A stretch of 64,000 nucleotides of DNA from a virus: positions 1 to 64,000 of the IMG/VR virus record IMGVR_UViG_3300010938_000009; one strand, 5' to 3'. Both the position numbers and the translations under genes were made by a program. Below the pieces are notes generated by a model. It saw only the letters and a list, made by a program, of their open reading frames with translations. It had not been told where the DNA came from and searched no databases. Positions 1 through 10,077 of this stretch are shown one piece after another. Numbering within the stretch: the first letter of the stretch is position 1; each line of letters begins with the position of its first letter.

Positions 1-17
1 AAAAGAATTTAGCAATA

Positions 18-632
18 ATGTCTAGAGCTGGTTTCAGTGAGGTAGTTTTACCTTCTGCTAAAATTAATGAAATTTCTTATAGAGAAAATATTGATAATCA
101 AAGATTTAGTAAAGGTCCAGGATTAGTTACTTTTGAACCTGTTACTTTAAGAAGAGGCGTAACTTATCAAGAATCCAAAATTGGAAATAGTTCTAGTTTT
201 AAAAATCACGAAGCTAATAGAGATTTATATAGTTGGTATAAACAAGTAAACAATGACTCCTTACTATTTGGAGTAGCTCAAGAATTAGCTAGAGGTTCAA
301 TTAAACCTCCAAAACAAAATGAAAATTTTAGAAAAGAAGTTATTATCGTCGCACATAATAGAAGAGGAGAACCTGTAAAACAATGGGTTTTATTTAACGC
401 TTTTCCTATTGCTTATAAAGGTGGGGACGATTTTGACGCATCAGCAGATCAACAAAAATTAATAGAAGAAATAACATTAACTTATGAATTTTTTGTAGAA
501 TTAGGTGGAGATATAGTAAAAGGTTTTGCAAAAGAATTTGCAAGAGATGCTTTAGAAGCCACAGTAGACGTTATATCAGAAGCTGTGCATCAATTTACTT
601 CTGGAGCAAATGTTCCACCATTCTTAAGATAA
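18..632 (+). CDS. T4 gp19-like tail tube protein (probably starts upstream of the window)
   Basis: gp19 motifs GFSEV...YRE...PG..TFEPVTLRRGV...W...AFPIAYKG..FDA...IEEITLTYE; frame is open to the window edge. Confidence 0.85.
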   Translation: MSRAGFSEVVLPSAKINEISYRENIDNQRFSKGPGLVTFEPVTLRRGVTYQESKIGNSSSFKNHEANRDLYSWYKQVNNDSLLFGVAQELARGSIKPPKQNENFRKEVIIVAHNRRGEPVKQWVLFNAFPIAYKGGDDFDASADQQKLIEEITLTYEFFVELGGDIVKGFAKEFARDALEATVDVISEAVHQFTSGANVPPFLR

Positions 633-641
633 GGAGTTTTT

Positions 642-1235
642 ATCGCTCGCCCATCATCAAAAGATCCTATGGATAAATTTCGCTGGAGTATAGAAATAGA
701 AGGTTTTTCTAGATCTGGATTTTCTGCAGTTGAAGTTCCTAAAATGTCTATTAATACGCAATCTTATGCTGAAGGAGGAGCACACATGACTCCGAGACAG
801 ATTATTGATTCCGTACAATTTAGACCTATAACTCTTACAAGAGGTGTTACAGGCGACGGAGATTTTTACGATTGGGTTAAAGCACCTTTTAAATTATATA
901 GAGGTGATGTGGAAGTTGGAGCGCAATTTACAGGTAATGTTGGTTTAGGAGATTTTTCTACCAGTAAACCAATTAGATCAGGAGAATATAGAAGAAACGT
1001 AGTAATAAGTCATCTTGATAGATCAGGACGAGCTATTAAGCAATATATACTATATGACGCCTTTCCTATAGAATTTGAACCAGCTTCAGATTTTTCTGCA
1101 GATGGAGATGATACTTATAGTATGGAGAAAATAGTATTAGCTTATGAAAGTTTTGAAGTAGTTAATAACGGACAAAGTACTAATCCTTTTAGTATTTCTG
1201 ATGTATTAAAACGAGTTAGCAGACGAGTAGTTTAA
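642..1235 (+). CDS. Second gp19-like tail tube protein (likely ATC start at 642; first ATG at 669)
   Basis: DPMDKFRW.IEIEG...GFS.V...Y.EGG...ITLTRGV...AFPIEF...EKIVLAYESF; SD AAGGAG at 631-636 precedes an in-frame ATC. Confidence 0.85.
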   Translation: MARPSSKDPMDKFRWSIEIEGFSRSGFSAVEVPKMSINTQSYAEGGAHMTPRQIIDSVQFRPITLTRGVTGDGDFYDWVKAPFKLYRGDVEVGAQFTGNVGLGDFSTSKPIRSGEYRRNVVISHLDRSGRAIKQYILYDAFPIEFEPASDFSADGDDTYSMEKIVLAYESFEVVNNGQSTNPFSISDVLKRVSRRVV

Positions 1236-1254
1236 AAATAAACGAGGAGTAAAT

Positions 1255-2007
1255 ATGATAATACAATTACCTAACGGGTTAATTGATGGACAAGATCTAT
1301 TTAATTACGCTGAAATAGATGAATTAAGAGGTAAACAACAAAATTACCTAGCTAATAGAGAATTAGTGGATGGTAATATAGGTCATGTACCTAAAATACT
1401 AGCTGATGTAGTAAAGTCTTTACAAACAAAAGAAGGACTTGCTTGGCAAGGTAATATGGCCGATGCTATAGAAAAATTACCTATTGGTGATATAGAAACT
1501 TTATTAATAAAAATACGACAAAATACTTACGGACCTAGATTTTACTTAGAATCTAAATGCCCTCATTGTGAGTATCATAATAAAAATTTAAGAATAGATT
1601 TAGATACGCTAGAATTAGATGTTATTTCTATAGAAGATATGTTAAAACCTAAAAAAGTTTTAGCCACAAAATCTAATAAAGAAGTAGAATTTAAACCTGG
1701 TTATTTAAAAGATCTATTTAATATAATTAAGTTTGCTAAAAGTAAACAAGATAAATTAATCACTTCTTTTTTAGCCACAACTATTAAAAGAATTGGAGAT
1801 GATACTAAAAATATTGAAATTTTAGTAGAAGATCTACCTTCTTCTGATATAATGCAATTAAATGAAGAAGCTATGAAAATGAAGTTACAAGGGACGATAG
1901 ATACTAATATTAGTATTGATTGTGCAGGTTGTGCTAAAGAATATGAGGCGAAGTTAAACACTTTTGACGCAAGTTTTTTCGACCCTTCCAAGGGATCTAC
2001 GAGTTAG
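1255..2007 (+). CDS. Tail assembly chaperone (gp26/gpG-like, two CxxC)
   Basis: Lies between tube and tape measure genes; CPHC and CAGC motifs; IRQNTYG; ends ...SFF at a slippery site. Confidence 0.7.
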   Translation: MIIQLPNGLIDGQDLFNYAEIDELRGKQQNYLANRELVDGNIGHVPKILADVVKSLQTKEGLAWQGNMADAIEKLPIGDIETLLIKIRQNTYGPRFYLESKCPHCEYHNKNLRIDLDTLELDVISIEDMLKPKKVLATKSNKEVEFKPGYLKDLFNIIKFAKSKQDKLITSFLATTIKRIGDDTKNIEILVEDLPSSDIMQLNEEAMKMKLQGTIDTNISIDCAGCAKEYEAKLNTFDASFFDPSKGSTS

Positions 2008-2168
2008 ATTACACAAGCCACGAAACGGACCTCTTGGATGATTATGCATTTTTCGGCAAAATATTTCACTGGCAACCTAGTGAAGTAGATAATATGAAAT
2101 GGTCTTTTAGAAAAAAATTAAAACAAGCTTATAAGGACAGTCAGTCAAATATAACTGACAAAAAATAA
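1974..2168 (+). CDS. -1 frameshift extension of the tail chaperone (gpGT/gpE'-like)
   Basis: T TTT TTC at 1974-1980; -1 frame reads RPFQGIYELDY...AFFGKIFHWQPSEVDNMKWSFRKK..., stop overlaps the tape measure ATG (TAATG). Confidence 0.8.
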   Translation, partial: FFRPFQGIYELDYTSHETDLLDDYAFFGKIFHWQPSEVDNMKWSFRKKLKQAYKDSQSNITDKK

Positions 2169-4411
2169 TGGCAACAAAAACGATAGATATTGTAGTTAAA
2201 GTAAGAGACGTAGCTAGTAGACCTTTAAATGAAGTAGAAAAAGGTTTAAAAAGAACTGGAACTGCCGCTAAAAGTGCAGCTATAGATTTTACGCAACTTA
2301 ATAAAACATTATTTTCCGCAACAGCTTTTATAGGATTTTTCTCTAAAGCCTTTGGTGGAGTCCATAGATTAATTTCTGAAGGCGCACAAATTGATAGATT
2401 AGGAACTCAATTTGAAAGAGCTTTTGGAGATTCAGGAAATATTACTAACACTCTAGCTAAGTTTACTGATAATTTTATAGATAAATTTGAAGTTATGCGA
2501 CAAGGTATAGCTTTAAAATCTATGGGTATCGTCAGTAACACAGAACAATTAGCTTCTATAATGGCTAAAGCTGGTACTGCTGCAAAAATGGCTGGACTAG
2601 AATCAGCAGAAGGAGTTAAAAAGTTTGGAGAATTTTTAAAAGACGGATCAGTAAATCACTTACAATTTTTAAATATAATAGCTAAATCAAATCCGGCTTT
2701 ACAAGCTCAGTTAGCAATACTTCAGAAATCTGGAGGAGCTTTAGGTGGAGTACTGTCTACACAAGCAAAATTAGCTATAGGAACTAAATTACTAACAACT
2801 TTAACAAAAGGACAAATGTTTGGTAATATGGATTTAATGGACATTACAGGACACTTAAATCAATCTTTTAAATCCCTAACAACTTCTATAGGTAGATATC
2901 TAGGAGAAGCTTTAAAACCTTTATTAATAAAAACTTTTCAAGTATTTAATTCATTTTCAGAATTTTTAGATAAAATAAAAAAATCTGATAAAAATTTATT
3001 ATTTTTAACTAAAACAGTTTTAGTAGCTACTACAGCAGTAGCAGGATTAGTAGCTATTTTAGGTTCTTTAAGTTTATTAGTAAAATTACTAGGAGTTGCA
3101 GGATTTGGATTACCAGGAATGGTATACGGAATTCTGACTCTAGGGTCCGCTTTTTTAGGGATTACGGGTAAAGCTGATTCTTTTTTAGATAGACTAAAAA
3201 TTATGGGAGCATTTTTTAAAGGGATATGGCAATTATACAGTTCCTTTGATCCAGAAACAGGTTTCGGAAAAATAGACGAAAGTTTAAAAAAGTTTTTAGA
3301 AGAAAAAGGTTTAATGACTTTTGTAGAAACTATAGCAAAAGTTTTTTTAATGGTAAAAACTGTTATAAAAGATACTATAGATGTTTTATCATGGGCAGCA
3401 AAAGGAGTAGATAACTTTTTTGGTGGAATGGCTCAAAAAGTTATAGAAGTTTTAGATATTCTAAAAGGACCTTGGAGTAATTTTTGGGTTAAAGATAACG
3501 CAACAATGATGGAAAAAGCTGCACGATGGATTACAGTAGTAGCAGGTATTGCAGGAAGTATCGCAGCATTAATAGGCGGATTTAAAGTATTTAGTAAAGT
3601 AGCTTCAATGATTCCTGGTATGGGAAGATTTTTTGGCGGACGTGGCCCAAAAGGAACCAAAAATGATCCTCTATATGTTGTAGGATCTGGATTTGGTGGC
3701 CCTATTTTAGACAGCGAAAATTGGGTAGGAATGGGTAAAGGAAAAAAAGGTGGTGGAGGAATAGCAGGTAAGATTGGAGGCTTTTTTAGAGGTTGGAAAG
3801 GACCTGCAGCTTTAATGGCTGCAATGGAATTGCCAGAATTAATAAGCAATCTTTCTTCAGCAAATTCAACACAAGAAATGGTAGGAGCTGGAGCACAATC
3901 AACAGGTAGAATTGGTGGAGCGTTATTAGGAACAAAAGCAGGTGCAGCTCTAGGTGGAATGTTAGGATCAATAATTCCAGGATTAGGAACTATGATCGGA
4001 GCTGGTGTTGGAGGGTTTGTTGGAGGCGCTGCTGGATACGCTTTTGGTGGAAACGCTATGGAATCTTTAGCAAACTGGTTATACGAAAAAGTAACAGGAA
4101 AAGATGCTGATTCTAAAAAATCCGAAGCAACAGTACCAGCAATGCCAGAAACAGAAGAATCTAAAATAGATTATATAGCAAAAGAAATGCAAGCAAGAAC
4201 ATTAGAAGAACAAGAAAAGATCAAATCAGCCACGGAATCAGCCTTAAGATCTAGTTCAGAAGGCGGAAAAACAATATCAGAAGATGAGTGGCGTCACATA
4301 ATGATATTAGTAGGAAAAATAGCTTCTACTAATGAAGAAATGGCTAAAAAAGAAGAAGTAACAACAATATCTTCAAAATACGGTGATAGATCACCAGCTT
4401 TCTCTGGATAA
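2168..4411 (+). CDS. Tape measure protein
   Basis: N-terminal IVVKVRDVAS.PL, helical Ala/Gly-rich body, G...PLYVV motif, GxxxG repeats; position after chaperone. Confidence 0.85.
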   Translation: MATKTIDIVVKVRDVASRPLNEVEKGLKRTGTAAKSAAIDFTQLNKTLFSATAFIGFFSKAFGGVHRLISEGAQIDRLGTQFERAFGDSGNITNTLAKFTDNFIDKFEVMRQGIALKSMGIVSNTEQLASIMAKAGTAAKMAGLESAEGVKKFGEFLKDGSVNHLQFLNIIAKSNPALQAQLAILQKSGGALGGVLSTQAKLAIGTKLLTTLTKGQMFGNMDLMDITGHLNQSFKSLTTSIGRYLGEALKPLLIKTFQVFNSFSEFLDKIKKSDKNLLFLTKTVLVATTAVAGLVAILGSLSLLVKLLGVAGFGLPGMVYGILTLGSAFLGITGKADSFLDRLKIMGAFFKGIWQLYSSFDPETGFGKIDESLKKFLEEKGLMTFVETIAKVFLMVKTVIKDTIDVLSWAAKGVDNFFGGMAQKVIEVLDILKGPWSNFWVKDNATMMEKAARWITVVAGIAGSIAALIGGFKVFSKVASMIPGMGRFFGGRGPKGTKNDPLYVVGSGFGGPILDSENWVGMGKGKKGGGGIAGKIGGFFRGWKGPAALMAAMELPELISNLSSANSTQEMVGAGAQSTGRIGGALLGTKAGAALGGMLGSIIPGLGTMIGAGVGGFVGGAAGYAFGGNAMESLANWLYEKVTGKDADSKKSEATVPAMPETEESKIDYIAKEMQARTLEEQEKIKSATESALRSSSEGGKTISEDEWRHIMILVGKIASTNEEMAKKEEVTTISSKYGDRSPAFSG

Positions 4412-4414
4412 AAT

Positions 4415-5170
4415 ATGGCAATAAAACCTTTTAGAAACTCTAATAATTATTTAGATAGTTTAGCATCTCCAGGACAGAAATTAAATATATTTGGAAATAA
4501 AGGAGAAACAACATCCTTTTTAAAAGCCGCTTTAGTCAAAGTAAATGAAGCAGGTTATATTATTATGGGTGATCATGAAGCAATGTTTTTGATAAACCCT
4601 ACAAGTTACGATGAAGCAAAATCAGCTAATTGGGCGCAAAATTCTATACCAGGACAAAGTGATCCTATTTTACAATATGTAAATGGTGGTCCAAGAACAA
4701 TTTCTTTTGATGCTTTAGTAACTGCAGACACTTTACATTTTTCTGCAGAAGCTAAACCTGATAATAATAAGAGTGTTCGAGCTATTGGAGATATAGCTGC
4801 TAAGTTTTTTAAAACAGCTATACCAAATATACCAAAATCAACCAATACACAATCAAGCGCAAACAACTTAGATATTACTCCATATTTAAACTACTATAGA
4901 TCAATGCTATACCCAGAATATGATGATATACTTAATCCTAGAAAATTAGTTAAAAGCCCTCCATTATTAGCATTATTTATTGGTAATACTTTTTCTAATA
5001 TAGATTATGGTAACAGAATTTCTACAAATACTCCTGTTTTTGTACTAACAAATTTAAGAATTAAAATAACAAAACAATTACCAAACTTAACTCCAATGGA
5101 AGCTGTAGTAAGTTTTGAATTAATACAGTATACACTAAAACCTTTTGGTACAGATAATTTTTATCAATAA
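4415..5170 (+). CDS. CIS tube-initiator / Afp7-like protein
   Basis: F.INP.SY...K.ANW...IPG...PILQYV.GG.RTISF...PP.L motif; position after tape measure. Confidence 0.7.
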   Translation: MAIKPFRNSNNYLDSLASPGQKLNIFGNKGETTSFLKAALVKVNEAGYIIMGDHEAMFLINPTSYDEAKSANWAQNSIPGQSDPILQYVNGGPRTISFDALVTADTLHFSAEAKPDNNKSVRAIGDIAAKFFKTAIPNIPKSTNTQSSANNLDITPYLNYYRSMLYPEYDDILNPRKLVKSPPLLALFIGNTFSNIDYGNRISTNTPVFVLTNLRIKITKQLPNLTPMEAVVSFELIQYTLKPFGTDNFYQ

Positions 5171-5178
5171 GGATATTA

Positions 5179-5496
5179 ATGGCTAATTTTAAAAAACTAA
5201 CAAGATATACTGGTGGAATAGTATCAAAAGATAGAAGTCGTAAAGATTTTTTAATTTTGAGAAACACTCTAGAATTAGAACAATCAGATGGAGATATTTT
5301 TGTTATTATAGATAAAGAAGTCGAAAAAAGACCAGATTTAATAGCTGAAAGAGCTTATGGAATTCCTGATCTATGGTGGGTAATTTATGAATTCAATGAA
5401 ATAAAAGATCCAATGTTTGAACTAAAAGCTGGACAAATAATAAGAATTCCAGAACTACAAAGAGTTTTAGATTCTATAGAGGCTTTGAATAATTAA
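5179..5496 (+). CDS. Baseplate wedge gp53/LysM-like protein
   Basis: RPDLIA.RAYG.PDLWWVI..FN.I.DP..L.AGQ.IRIP. Confidence 0.85.
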   Translation: MANFKKLTRYTGGIVSKDRSRKDFLILRNTLELEQSDGDIFVIIDKEVEKRPDLIAERAYGIPDLWWVIYEFNEIKDPMFELKAGQIIRIPELQRVLDSIEALNN

Positions 5497-7214
5497 TGTT
5501 AAATAATACTTTTAATTATAACAAATTCAGAACACCTTTTTTTGATATAGAGATAGCAGATTCTAGTGGAAAAAGACGGGTAAAGTTACCACAACAACTT
5601 TTAAGGTTAATAGAAAGAGTTGAAGTGATGGAAACTTTTGAACCAAACCAATTTCCTACTATAACTATAACTTTTATAGAAGGTTCTAGAGAGCCAGCTA
5701 TTGTAGATAGATCTGCAGGAACTTCTGGATTATACAAAGTTCCTTCACACGCAGGTAGCGATAAAGTTGATATGGATATTGCAGGAGCTTTTCATAATAG
5801 AGCAGGATTACTAACAGATCTAAGATTTAGTGGTAATAGCGGTATAACTTTTTTAACTGAAAAAGAAAGAAAAATAGGAAAAATAGATACCTCCTCACAA
5901 CTTAACGTAGAAAGCGATATTACAACTAGAGCGCACAAATCCGAAACTTCTTCTCCAGAATTCTTATTTACACAAAGAAATAGAGTTAGTGTGACTTGGG
6001 GATATAAAGAAGATCCAGAATCTATCAGAACAACCACAGCTTATATAATTAATATAAACACAAATTTTCCAGAATCAGGACAACCAACAACAACTATAGT
6101 ATGTCAGAGTTCCAAAGCATTTGTAGAACAATTGACAGCTAAAAATTCTATACCTTTTGGTAAAAGAGTTCAAACAGGACAAGGTAATTTTATCACTCAA
6201 TTCGAGGATATAAAAACCTATGACTTATTAAATGATTTAGCAAAAAGAGCAGGGATGCCTAGTATTATAAGCGAAAATTTACCTGCAGAAAAATTAGATA
6301 AAGATAAACAAAAAGTTTTAATTGCTGGAACTAATTTTAAACAGTTTTTAGATCAACTAGCAAAAGAACATGATGCGGTATGGGATTTGATTCCTGGTAA
6401 ATCTGGTGTAGATACTTTAGTTTTTATTACTAGAAAAGATTTATATTCAAAATTAGCTTTAAAAGATCCTAATCTATTTAGTTACAAACAACCTGGAAGT
6501 ATTTTAAAGAGTGTTAACATCACCGTAGATTTTGGTGGGTTAACAGGTGCTACAGTCGTAAATTCTAATTCTGACGGTAGTAATAAAGGTTCGGCGCAAA
6601 CAGATCCAAAATCTAATGTTAATATGTTTGAAGGGAAAGGTTTAAGATCACCCGAATTAGTTGAAAATTCTCCTACAGGAAAAAACCCAATCCCAGTTTG
6701 CAGCGCTTTAGAAGATAGTTTATTTAAAAATCCGAATACAAAAAATAGTACAAATATTCAAGATGATTTGACAGGTTTAGCTTACACAGGCTCAGTTGAA
6801 TTAGTTCCAATAGAAGATTCTAAAGGTTTAACTGATGATAAAACAGCAGTAGAGTCAGCTCAAAAAGCTAGATTAGTTAATTTAGACTTTACTACATTAG
6901 GTTACACTAAAGTGACTCCAGGTGTAATAGAATTTAGAAATTTAGGAGTAAGGTATAGTGGAGCATATAAAGTTATAACAGTTACACATATTATCGATTC
7001 TAGTGGTTATAATTGTAAAGGAACTGCTATATCAGAGTTTTTAAATGGTGGAGGGGTTGTACCTTCTGAAGTTTCTAAAACTAAAGATATACCAGAAAAA
7101 CAAGTTAATGTAAAATTGTATAGAGAACAAACTACTAATTCTACAACTTCATCTTCTAATAGTACTAATTCTGCTAAATTAGAGCAATTACAAATTAAAA
7201 AAGGTACTAACTAA
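5496..7214 (+). CDS. Baseplate hub (gp27/late control D/VgrG-like)
   Basis: V.WGY; FL.QLA...; C-terminal PG...NLG.RYSG.Y.V..VTH.ID.SGY. Confidence 0.75.
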   Translation: MLNNTFNYNKFRTPFFDIEIADSSGKRRVKLPQQLLRLIERVEVMETFEPNQFPTITITFIEGSREPAIVDRSAGTSGLYKVPSHAGSDKVDMDIAGAFHNRAGLLTDLRFSGNSGITFLTEKERKIGKIDTSSQLNVESDITTRAHKSETSSPEFLFTQRNRVSVTWGYKEDPESIRTTTAYIININTNFPESGQPTTTIVCQSSKAFVEQLTAKNSIPFGKRVQTGQGNFITQFEDIKTYDLLNDLAKRAGMPSIISENLPAEKLDKDKQKVLIAGTNFKQFLDQLAKEHDAVWDLIPGKSGVDTLVFITRKDLYSKLALKDPNLFSYKQPGSILKSVNITVDFGGLTGATVVNSNSDGSNKGSAQTDPKSNVNMFEGKGLRSPELVENSPTGKNPIPVCSALEDSLFKNPNTKNSTNIQDDLTGLAYTGSVELVPIEDSKGLTDDKTAVESAQKARLVNLDFTTLGYTKVTPGVIEFRNLGVRYSGAYKVITVTHIIDSSGYNCKGTAISEFLNGGGVVPSEVSKTKDIPEKQVNVKLYREQTTNSTTSSSNSTNSAKLEQLQIKKGTN

Positions 7215-8191
7215 TGTTTCAAGTTAGAGATGTAAATACTACTAAAATTAAGTATGCAGGTAGATCTAGAGCTACTGTTATAGATAATAGAGACCCTCAA
7301 AAAAGAGGTAGGATTAGAGTTGGCCATTCTTTATTAGGAGAAACAGTTTGGATACCTTATTTAAGAGCTAACGCAACATTTGACGTACCTTCTATAGGCG
7401 ACGTAGTATACATAGAAGCTGACGCAGGATTCTATACTCACCCTATAGCTTGGGGTAATTTAACTAAAGGTTCTGATGAACCTAATATTCCTACAGCTTT
7501 TCAAAGAGACGTACCAACTAATAGAGGTATGTTTACTCCAGGAGGACATCTAGTTGAATTAGATGATGGTATAGCTCCTATAGTAAGTCAAGAACCTAAC
7601 GATAAAAACTATACTACAGAAAATAGAGGTATTAGAATAACTAGTACTGCTAATAACAAGATACATATTATAGAAGATGCTGATGCTGGTAATCAATATA
7701 TACTATTACAAGACGCTGGCGGCAATATAATTAAATTAGATTATAAAAATAATGAGTTAACTATTAACTCTATAGGTAAAACTAATATTAATACTACTAC
7801 AGATAAAACAGAAACTGTAGGAGGTAATAATAGTTTAGAAGTTACTGGTAATAATAAAATAAAAATTACAGGAACTCAAACTTTAGAAGTTACTGGCGCT
7901 GCTGAAGAAAAATACGTCGACGCTTATAAAAAAGAAATAGGAGCTGACGCTGAAGAAACTATTACAGGTAATTTAACTATTACTGTAACAGGTAACGTAA
8001 GTATAGAAGCTAGTGGAAATGCTAGTATAAAGGCTGGAGGAACCGCAGAAATAGGCGGAGCTTTAGTTACTTTAGGCGGCGGAGGACCAGGAATAGCTAG
8101 AATAGGAGATTTAGTAATAGGTACTGGAAACTTAGGTATACCAGTAGTAAGTACTATTGTAGCAGGTTCTACAGTAGTTACTAGCGCTTAA
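7214..8191 (+). CDS. Baseplate spike (gp5/gpV-like) with PAAR-like tip
   Basis: RA.VIDNRDP..RGRIRV OB-fold, GH.VELDD, V.GN beta-helix repeats, ARIGD...I..GS..V. Confidence 0.85.
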   Translation: MFQVRDVNTTKIKYAGRSRATVIDNRDPQKRGRIRVGHSLLGETVWIPYLRANATFDVPSIGDVVYIEADAGFYTHPIAWGNLTKGSDEPNIPTAFQRDVPTNRGMFTPGGHLVELDDGIAPIVSQEPNDKNYTTENRGIRITSTANNKIHIIEDADAGNQYILLQDAGGNIIKLDYKNNELTINSIGKTNINTTTDKTETVGGNNSLEVTGNNKIKITGTQTLEVTGAAEEKYVDAYKKEIGADAEETITGNLTITVTGNVSIEASGNASIKAGGTAEIGGALVTLGGGGPGIARIGDLVIGTGNLGIPVVSTIVAGSTVVTSA

Positions 8192-8215
8192 TTAGGATTT
8201 AGAGGAGTATTTAGA

Positions 8216-9655
8216 GTGCCGATATTTAGCCAATCAGATAGAATAACTATTTCTAAAAGGCAAATAACTATACCTAATGAAAATGCTGTATTTGATTTCA
8301 ATATTACTAAATTGGGCAATGAAGAAGATAAATTTGAAGAAATTGACGAAGTAAATGAATTATTCTATAACGAACATAACAATAATATTAATTATTACTT
8401 TGATGAGTCAGAACACGGAGCAGGTTTACAGTATACTAAGATAACTCAGCAAGATATAGACGACGCTGTAAATCAAGACCCAGCTAATATATTCTTTCCT
8501 ACTAGTCCTCCATATACCTTTTTAAACCCTAAAGTAGCTGACAAAGTTAACGGTTTACCTACTACAAATGTAGCAGGAGAAGCTCCAATACTTACAGATA
8601 CTACAGTACAAACTGAAGGTTTATTAGAATATATAGATTGGATGAGAAACGGTATAACTTCTAGTATAGGTGACGATACATTGATTATAGCCTATTCTGG
8701 AGGCACTACAATGGAAGTTACTCTAGGATTACCTGATCCTAATACTTATATAGCAATACAGGATGTAGGCTTATTTTACGTTACAGCTAAAGGCCCTATA
8801 GGCGGAGGCCCTAATTTAGGTACAGAATTAACTGTAATACCTATAATAGCAGGGACTGGAGTTTTAGGGGATACAATACAATCAAATATTCCAGGTTATT
8901 CTGACGGAGCTAGACAAAGTCCTGGTTCTCCAGGTTTACTTAGTGGATATTCTAGCTCTATTAATGGGAAAATATTAGCATGGGAAACTAAGCTAAATAA
9001 CCAACTTACAGCTCTTAATTTAAACGCAGATAATAGAGCGCCCCAAACTACAGAAATAGCTAATTCTATAGCAGATATTAACAATGCTCTATCAATTATA
9101 AGTAATTGGTTAGCAGCTCCTTTTTCAGGGGTAGGCGGCAAATTTACAGACTCCCAAATACTATTAATTGAATCAGAAGCTAATGACAGACTTAACTATT
9201 TAACTACTAGAGCTACTGAAATAACTATAGCTTTAGGTAATGTAACTCAAGATATGAGTGGTAATGTTTCTGGAAACGGAATATTTAAATCTAGATATGA
9301 CACTCTAAACCTTAGAATAAATAAGGTATCTGGTAGTTTATCTAATAAAATTAGATTAGGTATAGCAAAATCTGGCCCTCAAGGGCAAAAAGACGGAAAT
9401 TTAGCAGCTTTAAGTCAATACGACCAATTCTTTCTAACTACAAAACTTACAGTAAACGCTAACGGAACTAATACTATTACCGTTGATTCGGTATCAGGAT
9501 TTAGTATTAGCAATACTGTATTTGTTATGGCAGATACTCAATCAGAGTTAACTGGAACAATAACTAATATATCAGGATTAGACGTAACTTTAGATTTTAT
9601 AGTACCTAGTAATTATACTATAATTAATAAAGCTAGGTTATATAAATTATTATAA
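8216..9655 (+). CDS. Virion structural protein, unknown
   Basis: 479 aa ORF with SD GAGGAG and GTG start, inside the baseplate operon. Confidence 0.55.
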   Translation: MPIFSQSDRITISKRQITIPNENAVFDFNITKLGNEEDKFEEIDEVNELFYNEHNNNINYYFDESEHGAGLQYTKITQQDIDDAVNQDPANIFFPTSPPYTFLNPKVADKVNGLPTTNVAGEAPILTDTTVQTEGLLEYIDWMRNGITSSIGDDTLIIAYSGGTTMEVTLGLPDPNTYIAIQDVGLFYVTAKGPIGGGPNLGTELTVIPIIAGTGVLGDTIQSNIPGYSDGARQSPGSPGLLSGYSSSINGKILAWETKLNNQLTALNLNADNRAPQTTEIANSIADINNALSIISNWLAAPFSGVGGKFTDSQILLIESEANDRLNYLTTRATEITIALGNVTQDMSGNVSGNGIFKSRYDTLNLRINKVSGSLSNKIRLGIAKSGPQGQKDGNLAALSQYDQFFLTTKLTVNANGTNTITVDSVSGFSISNTVFVMADTQSELTGTITNISGLDVTLDFIVPSNYTIINKARLYKLL

Positions 9656-10068
9656 TGGCTAAAATTAAATCTACAGAACAAAGCTTAGAGGTAAGATTAG
9701 GTTCAGACCTAAAATTTCCTATTAATGGTAGTTTTGAACCTATTTCAGGTGTAGATTTATTGTTACAAGATATACAACAATTATTATTAACTATACCAGG
9801 TGAAAGAGTAAATAGACCAGATTTTGGTTGTTTATTAAGAAATCAAATTTGGGAAAATATGAGCGTAGCGGCCCAAAATGGAGCTGCAGCAATTAGAAGC
9901 GCTTTAGACACTTTTGAACCTAGAATAGAAGTTTTAGACGTTAATAGCGATATAAATAATAATACTGGATTAATTACTTTTAATATACAATTTATAGTTA
10001 AAAATACAGATACTAGTATTTCGTTAATTTTTCCATTTCGAGCCGGAACCGCTCTAAGCTTTGCATAA
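9655..10068 (+). CDS. Baseplate wedge gp25/gpW
   Basis: LLT.PGERV.RPDFGC.L...FEPRI. Confidence 0.9.
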   Translation: MAKIKSTEQSLEVRLGSDLKFPINGSFEPISGVDLLLQDIQQLLLTIPGERVNRPDFGCLLRNQIWENMSVAAQNGAAAIRSALDTFEPRIEVLDVNSDINNNTGLITFNIQFIVKNTDTSISLIFPFRAGTALSFA

Positions 10069-10077
10069 GGATAATCG

